Positions 24,121 to 31,490 of a DNA stretch of 33,978 nucleotides are shown in pieces (position 1 is the stretch's first letter; each line of letters opens with the position of its first letter). The position numbers and the translations under genes were made by a program. Source of the stretch: a virus; the IMG/VR virus record IMGVR_UViG_3300029868_000015; one strand, given 5' to 3'. The notes below the pieces were generated by a model. The model was not told the DNA's origin. It made no database searches and saw nothing but the letters and a program-made list of their open reading frames with translations.

Positions 24121-24579
24121 ATGCATGCAACACGTTTTGACCTCGTATGTGGTCAATATGTAACGGGGAGCTAGAGATAGCTCTTGAACGTTAGGCCCCA
24201 GTCCTTTCTGCTCCCCATTTCTACCCACTGGAACCGCTTACTGGGCGCGGTGTCTATTTCAGACAAAACACTTCCCAAGGACTAAACCCCAAGATTTGGC
24301 TGACCGCAGCATTTCTTGTGTATGAGTTGACTACTGTGGTGTCTAGCGTCAGTCAACAGGCCAGAGCGAAAGAAGGATGGTCTTGCTAGCATAGGGAGAA
24401 TGGCCCCTAAGAAAGAACCTTCGAGGCGTGAGTGTCGTTAATCACGCTGACCGTAAGACCACTACAAAGCTCTAAAGGTTTTTAGATGGCCCGGTAAGCT
24501 CTACCCCTTGCTCTAATAAGCTTGGTTGGTAGAGCTATGACCAACGACATACAAGATAAAGGTTTTTAGGAACTTACAG
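24107..24579 (+). ncRNA. 473-nt noncoding, stem-rich region upstream of the HNH gene (candidate structured RNA or cis-acting DNA site, class unknown)
   Basis: No plausible ORF on either strand. At least 8 stems of 5-9 bp were read by eye (listed in the findings), one with a GAGA tetraloop. The 3' part contains internal repeats of about 85 nt. Confidence 0.4.
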
Positions 24580-25071
24580 ATGTATATATGGAACAGTAGG
24601 AAACTAGGTAAACAACACATTTTAAGCCCTGAAGGAAAATCATGGTGCAATGTAGAAAATAGTGGTGTGGATCTAAATGTGAGTTCAATGAGCGCAAACG
24701 GATCAAGAAAAATATGCAGCCTTTGTGCGCGTAAAGCTAGTGCGCCTCCTAAAAAAAAGAAGAAGCACAAGGCAAAAAAGGGTTCGCCTAAATACCGTGA
24801 TAACTTTTACAGAAGCATGTCCTGGAAGAAATTACGTTACAAAGCTTTGAAGTTTAATAACGGTAAATGTGAATTGTGCGGAGCTTCTAAACACTACGGC
24901 GCAGTCCTTAATGTAGACCATATAAAACCTAGAAAGCACAGACCCGACCTCGAATTAAAACTAAGCAACCTGCAAGTTCTTTGTGCAAGCTGCAACATGG
25001 GAAAGTGCAACGACGACGATACAGACTGGCGAGAACCTTCACTGAAGAAATTAATGGGCGAAGAGATGTAG
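24580..25071 (+). CDS. HNH endonuclease (free-standing)
   Basis: CELCGASKHYGAVLNVDHIKPRKHRPDLELKLSNLQVLCASCNMGK is a classical HNH motif. The start is uncertain, with an in-frame ATG at 24688 as an alternative. The N-terminal part is AT-rich with a K-run. Confidence 0.8.
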   Translation: MYIWNSRKLGKQHILSPEGKSWCNVENSGVDLNVSSMSANGSRKICSLCARKASAPPKKKKKHKAKKGSPKYRDNFYRSMSWKKLRYKALKFNNGKCELCGASKHYGAVLNVDHIKPRKHRPDLELKLSNLQVLCASCNMGKCNDDDTDWREPSLKKLMGEEM

Positions 25072-25102
25072 AGCTATGCCTGAAACACAAAGGAGAGAGA
25101 GA

Positions 25103-25294
25103 ATGAAGTGGATTTTAGTAATATTTTTGGTCGGCGCTCCAGAAGGCGGTGCTGATGTTAAAACCATAGAAATGGAAACAAAGGAGCTGTGTGAAGTCGC
25201 TGCGAGGGCGGTTCCAAAGGTGAGTGACGGTGGATGGATTAGGTTCGTAGCTAAAGCATTTTGCGTTAAGGTAAGGGAGCAAGACAGTGAGTGA
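25103..25294 (+). CDS. Small protein with an N-terminal hydrophobic segment (63 aa)
   Basis: ATG 25103 follows the SD AAGGAGAGAGAG. Begins MKWILVIFLVGAPEGG... Confidence 0.5.
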   Translation: MKWILVIFLVGAPEGGADVKTIEMETKELCEVAARAVPKVSDGGWIRFVAKAFCVKVREQDSE

Positions 25295-25511
25295 GCGAAC
25301 AGTTAAGAAGGTTACGTCTTTTGAGGCCACTGACGGGAAAGGTTTCCTGACACTGGAAGAAGCAATAAGCCACCAGATAAAATTAGAGCTTGAGGAATTT
25401 TGCATTCAACGCGGTATTTTTGGGGAAGGACTGCCTGCCTTAGATGTAGCTGAAGGACTGTTTGATTGGCAGGATCAATTGCGCTCAATTCTGGCGGGAG
25501 AACCCCAGTGA
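25287..25511 (+). CDS. Hypothetical protein (74 aa)
   Basis: GTG start within the junction sequence GTGAGTGA. Confidence 0.5.
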   Translation: MSERTVKKVTSFEATDGKGFLTLEEAISHQIKLELEEFCIQRGIFGEGLPALDVAEGLFDWQDQLRSILAGEPQ

Positions 25512-25765
25512 GTAAACGGTACGAATATAAAAAAGATATTTACATTGAAGCCTACCCACTAGAAGACGTCCTGAATAAAGAAGGTGGTGAAGGTTGGCGT
25601 GCGATAAAGGTGGAAGGCAACGAACTTAGAGGCGATATACTTTTTGAACGGGAAATAATAGAACAAGACACACAATACACGGACTTCTTGCGATCATTAC
25701 TCGGAACCGATGAAGCAATTTCACTTGCTGAAGCCACAAGAGAATACTGGGGGCGAGACAAATGA
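25508..25765 (+). CDS. Hypothetical protein (85 aa)
   Basis: GTG 25508 is in a GTGA overlap (junction GTGAGTAA). The track start 25466 is upstream. Confidence 0.5.
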   Translation: MSKRYEYKKDIYIEAYPLEDVLNKEGGEGWRAIKVEGNELRGDILFEREIIEQDTQYTDFLRSLLGTDEAISLAEATREYWGRDK

Positions 25766-26433
25766 ATGAGAGAGAATTAACAGAATACAACGAACGCTGG
25801 CTTAAAGAGTGCGAGAAGGACGAGAACCTTTTCGACCATGAGCGCGCATTACTACGGGTTATGATTGGCGCGTTGCCTTCACCGGAGAAAAACAAAGAGA
25901 GCATGTTAGAGATCCTTGGGGAGATGTCCAAAAACTACAATAGGGGCGATGCCGACCAAGGTGAACCGGGCGGCGATTTCCTGACCACCAGCAAGAAGAA
26001 AAAACTTAAAGGTGCAGACCTAGAAAAGTTCTGGTTGTTTTGGAATGCGTTTGACTACAAGAAAAGCCGTGCAGAAGCCGCACAAGCTTGGATGGATATT
26101 CAAGACACCAAAGACGAAGCGTTCATGGAGGCAATCCTGTACGCAGCCCGCCAGACCGTAAGCGAGCGAAAGCCTACAGTTACACCCAAGATGGCACAAG
26201 GCTGGCTCTCAGCGCGTCGGTGGGAGGATTACGAGGCATCTAACGCACAAGCACCAACAGAATGGAACCTAGACAAGTGGAGGGAAACGCTAGACGGCCC
26301 AGCAGGTAGCTTTATGAAGCGCTCGCAATCCTGGCCAGAATACATGCCCGGCCATAACCCATGGGAACACCGCAACACAGATATACCCCGCGAAGTTCAC
26401 CTAATTTATGCAGAGAAGTGGAATTGGAAATGA
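25762..26433 (+). CDS. Hypothetical protein; weak resemblance to replication-organiser-type proteins
   Basis: LEKFWLFWNAFDYKKSRAEAAQAWMDI...PKMAQGWLSARRWEDYE resembles a pattern I recall (F..FW..Yp.K..k..A...w......P....WL...rWeD) from proteins annotated as replication or DnaD-like. This is unverified. Confidence 0.3.
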   Translation: MNERELTEYNERWLKECEKDENLFDHERALLRVMIGALPSPEKNKESMLEILGEMSKNYNRGDADQGEPGGDFLTTSKKKKLKGADLEKFWLFWNAFDYKKSRAEAAQAWMDIQDTKDEAFMEAILYAARQTVSERKPTVTPKMAQGWLSARRWEDYEASNAQAPTEWNLDKWRETLDGPAGSFMKRSQSWPEYMPGHNPWEHRNTDIPREVHLIYAEKWNWK

Positions 26434-26603
26434 GTAAATCGTTATTTTATACAGTGCCGTGCTGGATCAAACATTCTTGGTCAGAATGGTCAAGGCCGCT
26501 AGAAGTAATATTTGAAGAAACCGTTTTTCTTCCTTCAAGTGAAGGTCTGGTGCAACAGAGATCATGTAGCAAGTGCAATCGCATTCACACGAGGAAGCTA
26601 TGA
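26430..26603 (+). CDS. Small Cys-containing protein (57 aa)
   Basis: ATG 26430 is in an ATGA overlap. Contains C..W...C..C. Confidence 0.45.
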   Translation: MSKSLFYTVPCWIKHSWSEWSRPLEVIFEETVFLPSSEGLVQQRSCSKCNRIHTRKL

Positions 26604-26836
26604 AAAATGCATCAGTTATCAACGTGGTGGATATGGGTGAATTTAAATTTAACAGCTACAATATCATATCCGAGAGTGATTTCAATAAAGCCACTTTACA
26701 GCGGACGTCGTTCATAGATGTAGGAACTAATCTAGGGCGCATCGCGTTATTTCTTGTTGGGGGAAAAGTCTACAAGCGCACAGGACAAGACGGGGAATTT
26801 CAATACTGGTTAATCAAGGAGGTGATCTATGAATAA
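26600..26836 (+). CDS. Hypothetical protein (78 aa)
   Basis: ATG 26600 is in an ATGA overlap. Confidence 0.5.
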   Translation: MKNASVINVVDMGEFKFNSYNIISESDFNKATLQRTSFIDVGTNLGRIALFLVGGKVYKRTGQDGEFQYWLIKEVIYE

Positions 26837-27041
26837 TCTATCAATAGACAAGGTATCAAAAGCACACATCGCAGCATCTCAAGCTGTAGACCAATACCTA
26901 GAAGGACACCCCGAGCGATCAGCATGGGATATGCCCGCAGAGATAGCCAAGAAACGCGGTTGGGGATGGGCAACAGGGACAATCAGCGGCAGGGAATACG
27001 CTGCATTCGTTCTGATGTTCAACGCATTAGTTAGGGAATAG
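26829..27041 (+). CDS. Hypothetical protein (70 aa)
   Basis: ORF in the track with the SD aaggagg upstream. Confidence 0.55.
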   Translation: MNNLSIDKVSKAHIAASQAVDQYLEGHPERSAWDMPAEIAKKRGWGWATGTISGREYAAFVLMFNALVRE

Positions 27042-27043
27042 TT

Positions 27044-27400
27044 ATGATATTCGAAAGAAAGAGAGTTAGCAAAGATTATTTATACAAGGCAATAGAAACG
27101 CTAAACGGCACATTAAACCGCTATGCGTCGGTAATTGAGATAGCAAAATATTTAAACTGTGAGCCTGAAGCATTATCAAGGCCGCTGCATTTATTGGTGG
27201 CGAAAGGATTAATCAAACATGACATACAAGATGGGTTATTTTTCCGCGTGGTACCGAAGCACTTTGTTAAGGCGAAGGCTAAGAAAACTAGAAAAGTTGG
27301 TAGACCGCTTAGCAAGAAAGATGCAAACGGAAAGCTAATACACCTTAAAAGATACAACGAATATGGGCTTAAGATAATTCAAGGGCATGTTGTATTATAG
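27044..27400 (+). CDS. Winged-helix DNA-binding protein with a basic C-terminal region (late regulator candidate)
   Basis: YASVIEIAKYLNCEPEALSRPLHLLVAKGLI is wHTH-like. It is followed by KAKAKKTRKVGRPLSKK. This is the last gene before the tailspike cluster. Confidence 0.45.
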   Translation: MIFERKRVSKDYLYKAIETLNGTLNRYASVIEIAKYLNCEPEALSRPLHLLVAKGLIKHDIQDGLFFRVVPKHFVKAKAKKTRKVGRPLSKKDANGKLIHLKRYNEYGLKIIQGHVVL

Positions 27401-27484
27401 CAACGCAAGGAAAAAGTTATTGTTAACCGCGTTCATATAAAGGGGTTTAGATAGTTCTGTAATATTTGTTCTGAGTTAATATTT

Positions 27485-28726
27485 ATGAGGCGAGACGTTA
27501 TATTGGAAACAATCATGACGGTATACCAATTCGTAGGCGGTGAACTCGCTTCAAGTAGTGATACAGAGATACTAGTGCAGAAAGCCTCCGACCTAGCAGG
27601 TACACTAAGGAGCGACGTTGCCTATTTAATTGACGGCAGCATTGATATGGGTAGCCAATCCATAATAGTTCCGCAGGGTGGTTTAACCTTGATGGGGAAT
27701 GGTTTCAATATCGCACAGCTAACAACCAGCGTAACCAACGCAACTCTATTTGTAGACGATGGTGTTTTTGCTGGAGATTTATTCCTTCGCATGATGGATA
27801 TTGAAGTTACAGGAACCGGCGCGAAAGTGTTTGACCTAGATAATAACGAAAATTCTGACGCGATAGAATTTGACGCTGTTAACTTCAATAATTGCACAAG
27901 CCTTGGTTCAATGGATAGCTACAGGCAGCTACTTGCGAGAAACGTTGCATTCTTTGCCCCTGCTGACGGGCTGGAATTTATCGGCCCGTGGTCCGGTGGT
28001 TTAGCTATTGTTGACACAATTGTAATTCTATTGCCATCTGGCGCAACATTATTTAAAGCTGGTACGGGTTTCCTTGTGGGCGCAAGTGTTCGCTCAGATA
28101 TGAACGCGTTATCAGTAGATGCCAGTTCAACTATATTTGACTTTGCACCATCTAACATCACCCCTGATGGTGGGTTCTCATTAAGCAACTTCAGAACAGC
28201 CGCAGACGATGCATTGCCTAATTTCCCCTCTTCTAGTGTGAAGGCTAATTTCTCAAACTGTATTGGTATTAGTAACACATTCCCTGGCGGCAACTGGTCT
28301 ATATCCAGCGCTGCAACAACCACAATCGGAATGGTTGACACATTAGTTAAGCTTGCAGGAACCACCACATACAACGGGTTGCAGTGGTTTACAGGTTCGA
28401 ACAACAATGAGTTTGTTTTTGAGTCCACACAGGAAATTGACATTGTTGTTTCTGGTATATTGACCTTCACAGGCGGCGCTAACGATGAGATGGCCGTGCA
28501 GATACGAAGGTTTGACGATAGCGCAAGTTCATACGTAAATGTAGGTTCAGAGTTTAGCACTACTATCAGTTCAGGAGGCAGGGCCTCAAATTTACCGTTT
28601 AGAGGTGTAACAACCGTAGCAGAGAATGACCGTATTGAAGTATGGGTTAAGAACCTGACGGATGACACAGATATAACTGGATCAGTCGGCGGTAGTGTAG
28701 CCATTGGCGAGCGCTCATCTGTATAG
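27485..28726 (+). CDS. Tailspike / receptor-binding protein with a beta-helix-like repeat pattern
   Basis: About 400 aa, rich in G/N/S/T/V/I beta-strand periodicity (…IIVPQGGLTLMGNGFNIAQL…IEVTGTGAKVFDLDN…AVNFNNCTSLG…). The start is uncertain, with ATG 27515 as an alternative. Confidence 0.5.
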   Translation: MRRDVILETIMTVYQFVGGELASSSDTEILVQKASDLAGTLRSDVAYLIDGSIDMGSQSIIVPQGGLTLMGNGFNIAQLTTSVTNATLFVDDGVFAGDLFLRMMDIEVTGTGAKVFDLDNNENSDAIEFDAVNFNNCTSLGSMDSYRQLLARNVAFFAPADGLEFIGPWSGGLAIVDTIVILLPSGATLFKAGTGFLVGASVRSDMNALSVDASSTIFDFAPSNITPDGGFSLSNFRTAADDALPNFPSSSVKANFSNCIGISNTFPGGNWSISSAATTTIGMVDTLVKLAGTTTYNGLQWFTGSNNNEFVFESTQEIDIVVSGILTFTGGANDEMAVQIRRFDDSASSYVNVGSEFSTTISSGGRASNLPFRGVTTVAENDRIEVWVKNLTDDTDITGSVGGSVAIGERSSV

Positions 28727-28782
28727 CTTGCGGTCCCTTAACTTCCATAGTAGACTAGCCGAAACAATTAAAGGAATTTAAT

Positions 28783-29157
28783 ATGCCGGGTCTTTTTGGT
28801 AGCGGCGGTATAGGTGACGAGGTTGGTGATTTTAGCATTTCGGGGAAATTAAATCTTGGAATGCCTGAGGAACTAACAATATCTTCTGGCGCTGTTTTAA
28901 TTACCATGTCTAACCACATCATAGACACTGAAGCAGACGCGGCAACAGATGATCTTGACACCATCAACGGGGGGGATATAGGTGACCTTCTGATTATACG
29001 GGCCGTTGATAATTCTCGTACAGTGGTGGTAAAAGATGGCGGCGGCAACCTGAGAATAGACGGTGACTTCTCATTGACGCACGTCCAAGATTCTATGATG
29101 TTGCTTTTTATAGGCACAAATTGGGTCGAAATAAGTAGGTCAAATAACGCGAGTTAA
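28783..29157 (+). CDS. Hypothetical virion-associated protein (124 aa)
   Basis: ORF following the tailspike gene. The motif TISSGAV..T.S.H..DTE....TDDLDTI.GG is one I recall from genes next to phage tail fibres. This is unverified. Confidence 0.45.
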   Translation: MPGLFGSGGIGDEVGDFSISGKLNLGMPEELTISSGAVLITMSNHIIDTEADAATDDLDTINGGDIGDLLIIRAVDNSRTVVVKDGGGNLRIDGDFSLTHVQDSMMLLFIGTNWVEISRSNNAS

Positions 29158-29174
29158 GCGAAGGACATGTTATA

Positions 29175-29513
29175 ATGGGTACTGCAACAATTGAATGGGT
29201 AGACCTCCGCGCTAATAACGCAACGGTTGCTACAAACGTAAACGACACACCGGTTGATTTGAAGTCAATTGATTTCACCAACTCAAGCTTTGAGGTAGTT
29301 GCAACAACAGCCACAAGCACAGACTCAGGCACACCACCCGCAACAGCAACGCACGCAGTTGTAACCAGTGTTGGATCAAGCCACTATGTACGAATAACCA
29401 CAGCCCCAACCACATCAACGGGCGGTGTAACTATTATGTCAGGTGGGTCACGGCTAATCGCTGTAGAAGGCGGCGCAGCGGGTTCAGTACTCAAGATTTG
29501 CACAACAAGCTAA
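29175..29513 (+). CDS. Hypothetical T/A/S-rich protein (112 aa)
   Basis: ORF in the track. Confidence 0.45.
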   Translation: MGTATIEWVDLRANNATVATNVNDTPVDLKSIDFTNSSFEVVATTATSTDSGTPPATATHAVVTSVGSSHYVRITTAPTTSTGGVTIMSGGSRLIAVEGGAAGSVLKICTTS

Positions 29514-29523
29514 GGAATTAACT

Positions 29524-29751
29524 GTGGGCGAGACAGTGATAAGCGACGGCAAGACCTTCCACTGCCTCTGCATGAGCGGCGCAGGGACAAGTGAGTGCAC
29601 AGAAATCACAGCATTAGGCGTAATAGGCGGCGGAGTTATAATTCGCACGAAGACAACTACAGCAAAAACAGTAGCCGAAGCACTCACTCACCTACCCGGC
29701 GCACACCTCACTGAAGACAACGGCATTATAGCTATTAGCGGTGAAGCGTAA
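29524..29751 (+). CDS. Hypothetical protein (75 aa)
   Basis: GTG start, with a TAATG overlap into terS. Confidence 0.4.
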   Translation: MGETVISDGKTFHCLCMSGAGTSECTEITALGVIGGGVIIRTKTTTAKTVAEALTHLPGAHLTEDNGIIAISGEA

Positions 29752-30167
29752 TGACAGGCAGACCCTCCGCATACACCAAAGAACTAGGTGATGAGATCCT
29801 AGTACGCATATCAGCAGGTGAGAAGATTACTCACATCGCACACGATAAACATATGCCAGCGTTATCAACAATATATTTGTGGAAGTCAGCACAAGAAGGC
29901 TTTTCGGAAGCTTTCGCACATGCGCGAGATGAAGGATGTGATGCAATATCCTTCCAAGCCCTTGAAATTGCTGATGATGTTGACATAGACCCTGCACACA
30001 AGCGGGTTATGGTTGACACTAGATTGAAGCTCTTGGGCATGTGGAGCAACCGCTACAGCGCCAAGCAATCCATAGACCACACCACAGCAGGCAAAGAGAT
30101 AAAGCCCGCACAGCAAGCTAGTACAGCAGAGCTTGAGGCCCTTATAGCCTCACACATGAAGAAGTAG
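29751..30167 (+). CDS. terS: Terminase small subunit
   Basis: GRPSAYTKELGDEILVRISAGEKITHIAHDKHMPALSTIYLWKSAQEGFSEAFAHARDEG...IADDVD...RLKLLGMWSNRYS matches the recalled TerS pattern GRP.kYt.e.a..Ic..la.G.sl..ic.....P...tv..W......F...y..Ar. Confidence 0.75.
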   Translation: MTGRPSAYTKELGDEILVRISAGEKITHIAHDKHMPALSTIYLWKSAQEGFSEAFAHARDEGCDAISFQALEIADDVDIDPAHKRVMVDTRLKLLGMWSNRYSAKQSIDHTTAGKEIKPAQQASTAELEALIASHMKK

Positions 30168-30194
30168 GCTAAGGGTTGTCCCCCTTAAAAGCGC

Positions 30195-30225
30195 GTTCCC
30201 GTCCGTGTAGCCGAAGGCGGGGAAC
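30195..30225 (+). other. Imperfect hairpin after terS (part of repeated element X1)
   Basis: GTTCCC (30195-200) pairs with GGGAAC (30220-25). An inner stem GCC-gaa-GGC is also present. Confidence 0.5.
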
Positions 30226-30239
30226 AAAAAGGACAAGCT

Positions 30240-30551
30240 ATGATAGACAAAGGAATATTCGACCAGAAGCATGTGTGGGTGCCGTTTCGTGACGGCTGGC
30301 ATTTCACGAGCGCACGTAACTCTGGCGGTGACGTTGAGCTTTTGATAGGAGCTAGGGCTTGGGATAAAGAGGGTGGTTGGGAAGGAAACCAATTCACATG
30401 GTCTTTCATTGGCCCGCTGTTTTCTGCCAAAAAAGAACATGTTGCCTCAACGATGTCTGAGAATGGAATTGAGATAACAGGCGAAGAGATTGCAGACATT
30501 GCGCTGAAGGTTAAAGAGCTATTCCCTAAAGCCAAGATGAATATTAACTAA
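30240..30551 (+). CDS. Hypothetical protein (103 aa)
   Basis: ORF in the track with the SD-like aaaaagga upstream. Confidence 0.55.
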   Translation: MIDKGIFDQKHVWVPFRDGWHFTSARNSGGDVELLIGARAWDKEGGWEGNQFTWSFIGPLFSAKKEHVASTMSENGIEITGEEIADIALKVKELFPKAKMNIN

Positions 30552-30565
30552 CGTAAGGGCGGAAA

Positions 30566-30982
30566 ATGAGAAGCACATCAAAGAACGACATTACATTCTC
30601 TGTGAACAAGGACGGCGATAATAACCGCTTTTGGGCTGGCAATTACAAGGTTGTCTGCAAAAAAGGTGAGGATTTCCAATGGGGTCCGGCTGATTTCACC
30701 TTTCAACTGGTAGACATGACATTCGAGGCAGACCCTAGCATGGACGGTACGCATGTGTTTATTATCAACTGGGCTGTAGCATCTAAAGACATAATGAAAC
30801 CTATAGAGATAGCCGGCCCAGAGGTGCCTGATGCAGGCCGTGACTTCATGATAGGTGAGGACTTCACGCTAGACGATCTAAACAAGCAGCTAGCACCACT
30901 CCTTACCTTTGACCGTGCAGACGCTAACTTAATGCTAGAGATGGTTAAACATCTTGGCGGTCCAGATATTACAATAGGCTAA
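30566..30982 (+). CDS. Hypothetical protein (138 aa)
   Basis: ORF in the track with the SD-like aagggcgg upstream. Confidence 0.55.
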   Translation: MRSTSKNDITFSVNKDGDNNRFWAGNYKVVCKKGEDFQWGPADFTFQLVDMTFEADPSMDGTHVFIINWAVASKDIMKPIEIAGPEVPDAGRDFMIGEDFTLDDLNKQLAPLLTFDRADANLMLEMVKHLGGPDITIG

Positions 30983-31041
30983 GGGCGACGGCATAGCGTC
31001 CTCGTATGCACCTCCGCAGTGTTAGCCGAAGCGGGAAGATT

Positions 31042-31066
31042 AAGCCTCTCACGGGGCTTTTTCTTT
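31042..31066 (+). terminator. Intrinsic terminator candidate
   Basis: The stem AAGCCTC / GGGGCTT (31042-48 and 31053-59, 7 bp including one G-U pair) has the loop TCAC and runs into TTTTTCTTT. Confidence 0.6.
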
Positions 31067-31070
31067 GTCT

Positions 31071-31490
31071 GCCGTGCAAGTATCTTATAGGATATTAAAG
31101 ATATAACCCGCTGTAAGACCGGAAAGCATCAGAAATCTTTTAGATTGCCCTTGTATTCCTGTTTTGAAGGCGTATATTAGGATGGTAACGAGCGGCGTTG
31201 AAAGTAGAAACGCAGTAGGTTTGTGAGAGGGTAAGCATCCTTTGGGCGATGCAGGGTTGCCGATGAATGGATCGAAGCCATACTGATGACCACAATACGG
31301 AGGCAGCAAGCCCTAGTAACGCGGGGCCTCGTTACAAGTTCTGAGTATGTATTGAGTAAGGTGTGTGCAGATGATCAGATACCAGAGGAAGTAGGCAAAA
31401 TAGCGATAGCATTAGCCTGACCGGAAGCCAGAGACTGTTCATTAATGCCGGGCCGCACACCGCTCACCACATCAAACACAGAGGCGAGAC
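31071..31490 (+). other. 420-nt noncoding, stem-rich region between terS and terL (candidate structured RNA, promoter/leader or packaging-related site)
   Basis: No credible ORF on either strand. Five or more stems were read by eye. Promoter candidate: TTGTAT (31151-56), 16-nt spacer, TATATT (31173-78). Confidence 0.4.

Noticed and set aside
24517-24545. tRNA D-arm-like sequence GCTTGGTTGGTAGAGC.
   Set aside because: No acceptor stem, anticodon stem or T arm can be formed around it. It is instead part of the AGCTCTACC/GGTAGAGCT hairpin.
24230-24575. The short repeats at about 85-nt spacing, considered as a CRISPR-like or tandem tRNA array.
   Set aside because: The repeats are short, imperfect and of several different kinds rather than one repeat with unique spacers. 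No cloverleaf units fit. This is probably a diverged tandem duplication.
24739-24760. The A-rich run (cctaaaaaaaagaagaag) in the HNH gene, considered as a programmed slippage site.
   Set aside because: It simply encodes a lysine tract in the open frame. There is no alternative-frame ORF downstream to suggest frameshifting.
24513-24770. 85-aa minus-strand ORF overlapping the HNH gene start.
   Set aside because: It is antisense to a gene with a clear HNH motif. It is driven by the poly-A/poly-T tract and has no SD.
24107-25102. Group I intron carrying the HNH ORF.
   Set aside because: AGGACTAAAC (24278-87) resembles the conserved R/P7 segment and is followed by a P8-like hairpin. However, I found no complementary TAGTC(C) partner. 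The flanking ORFs have their own stop, SD and start and do not look like split exons. Only about 30 nt separate the HNH stop from the next gene. The idea is unsupported by eye and needs a covariance-model search.
27919-28704. 261-aa minus-strand ORF. Other long antisense ORFs in the track include 12874..13368, 11732..12169, 10677..11039, 1468..1842 and 88..426.
   Set aside because: Each lies fully inside a longer, better-supported plus-strand gene and lacks an SD and gene coupling. Their composition (S/P/A/L-rich) is typical of shadow ORFs opposite real genes.
31216-31292. tRNA-like segment: ATGG-atcgaag-CCAT followed by actgatg-A-CCA, with an upstream GCATC/GATGC arm.
   Set aside because: No complementary 5' acceptor strand is present. 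The T-stem has only 4 bp and its loop starts with A. The would-be anticodon loop has 8 nt. It does not fold as a cloverleaf.
31085-31309. 74-aa minus-strand ORF inside the second noncoding region.
   Set aside because: It has a TTG start without an SD, runs opposite to all neighbouring genes, and gives an odd composition.
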